A stretch of DNA of 35,699 nt from Octopus bimaculoides (Eukaryota), in NCBI RefSeq assembly GCF_001194135.2, contig NC_068984.1, positions 106,465,098 to 106,500,796 on the forward strand, given 5' to 3'. Shown piece after piece: positions 34,885-35,699 of the stretch. Position numbers and translations under genes: made by a program. How positions within the stretch are numbered: the first letter of the stretch is position 1; every line of letters begins with the position of its first letter. A model generated the notes under the pieces. It was given only the letters and a program-made list of their open reading frames with translations, was not told where the DNA came from and made no database searches.

Positions 34885-35482
34885 TTTCACAAATGATCGC
34901 CGTCTCTTTGTGCTTCTTCGTTGTCAATGGTATTTATAACTTTCCGTCCATGACTTTGCAGGCTGTTATCCTGATCCGCTGCATATCTGCATGGTTAGCA
35001 GCATAGATGATTGACGAGAGTTGTAACTTCAACTGATCTGATCGGGTTACTTTATAGAATATCATCTTTGTGAACTGTCATGTCTTTTTAAACCTTGCAA
35101 ACTCTTCCGCATATTATACATGTTGAACATCTAGTCTGGTGGGGAGGACATGGCATACAGTTGGTCTTTTATGGAAGTGTAAATGGTTGACATACTCAGC
35201 CATAGAATGGAGTACACCATCATAGTTTTCACACCTCTAATGCTTTATGCCTCCATTGAGGTTCTGACGACAGACCTTCTGAAGCCGACGCGGTAGCGTT
35301 TCATGATGGAGGCCACTCCCTTCAAAATTTTAATACTGTTCACTCATAAAGATGGTCCACTCATATCTTCACAATGCCAAATTTTCCCCTGTTCTTTACA
35401 TCGATTTGCAGTTCCTTTAGATTGTCATCTTTGACGTCTTTCTTAGTTTTAGCTGACGATGCTTTCCAGAGTGCAGCTCACG
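34885..35482 (-). pseudogene. 5'-truncated RTE-clade (BovB-like) LINE: decayed ORF C-terminus and 3' UTR
   Basis: Frameshifted reads RELHSGK...KDVKDDNLKELQIDVKN/ENLAL*RYEW...NFEGSGLHHE, then CENYDGVLHSMAEYVNHLHFH and TCIICGRVCK...MTVHK; 3' UTR duplicated at 31278. Confidence 0.8.
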
Positions 35483-35699
35483 TAAAATAGCTGCTTTTAT
35501 GGCCTATTATTTTCTAAAAGCACATGGAAAAGTAAAACATTTTACAGTTAGGATGCACAAGCATTGAGTCGCTTATACCATCTGTACATAAATGCATACA
35601 TTTATGCATAAGCACATGCATACGTACATACATAAATACATATATACATACATGCATACATACATAAATACATAAATATGTATATGTATGTGTGTATAT

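Overview
Non-coding, AT-rich eukaryotic genomic DNA from a draft short-read assembly, with 14 N-gaps (about 3.75 kb) almost all next to microsatellites. The SINE families look like those I recall from Octopus (coleoid cephalopod); this is recognition from memory, not a database result. No intact protein-coding gene is supportable: nearly all ORF-track entries are microsatellite or N-run translations. The window contains about 12 tRNA-derived SINE copies of several modular architectures, two decayed RTE-clade LINE 3' fragments plus a solo RTE tail, a doubly deleted mariner, three inverted-repeat (MITE or fold-back) elements, and several relics resembling Penelope-like pseudo-LTRs with hammerhead-ribozyme-type cores. 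The most notable object is at 34170-34497. It is a tRNA-headed SINE carrying a near-complete minimal type I hammerhead motif, with an inverted copy of its own apparent 3' end at its 5' side, all inside a 12-bp target-site duplication. Possible host-gene splice signals (30006-30085, 32843-32865) are weak candidates only.
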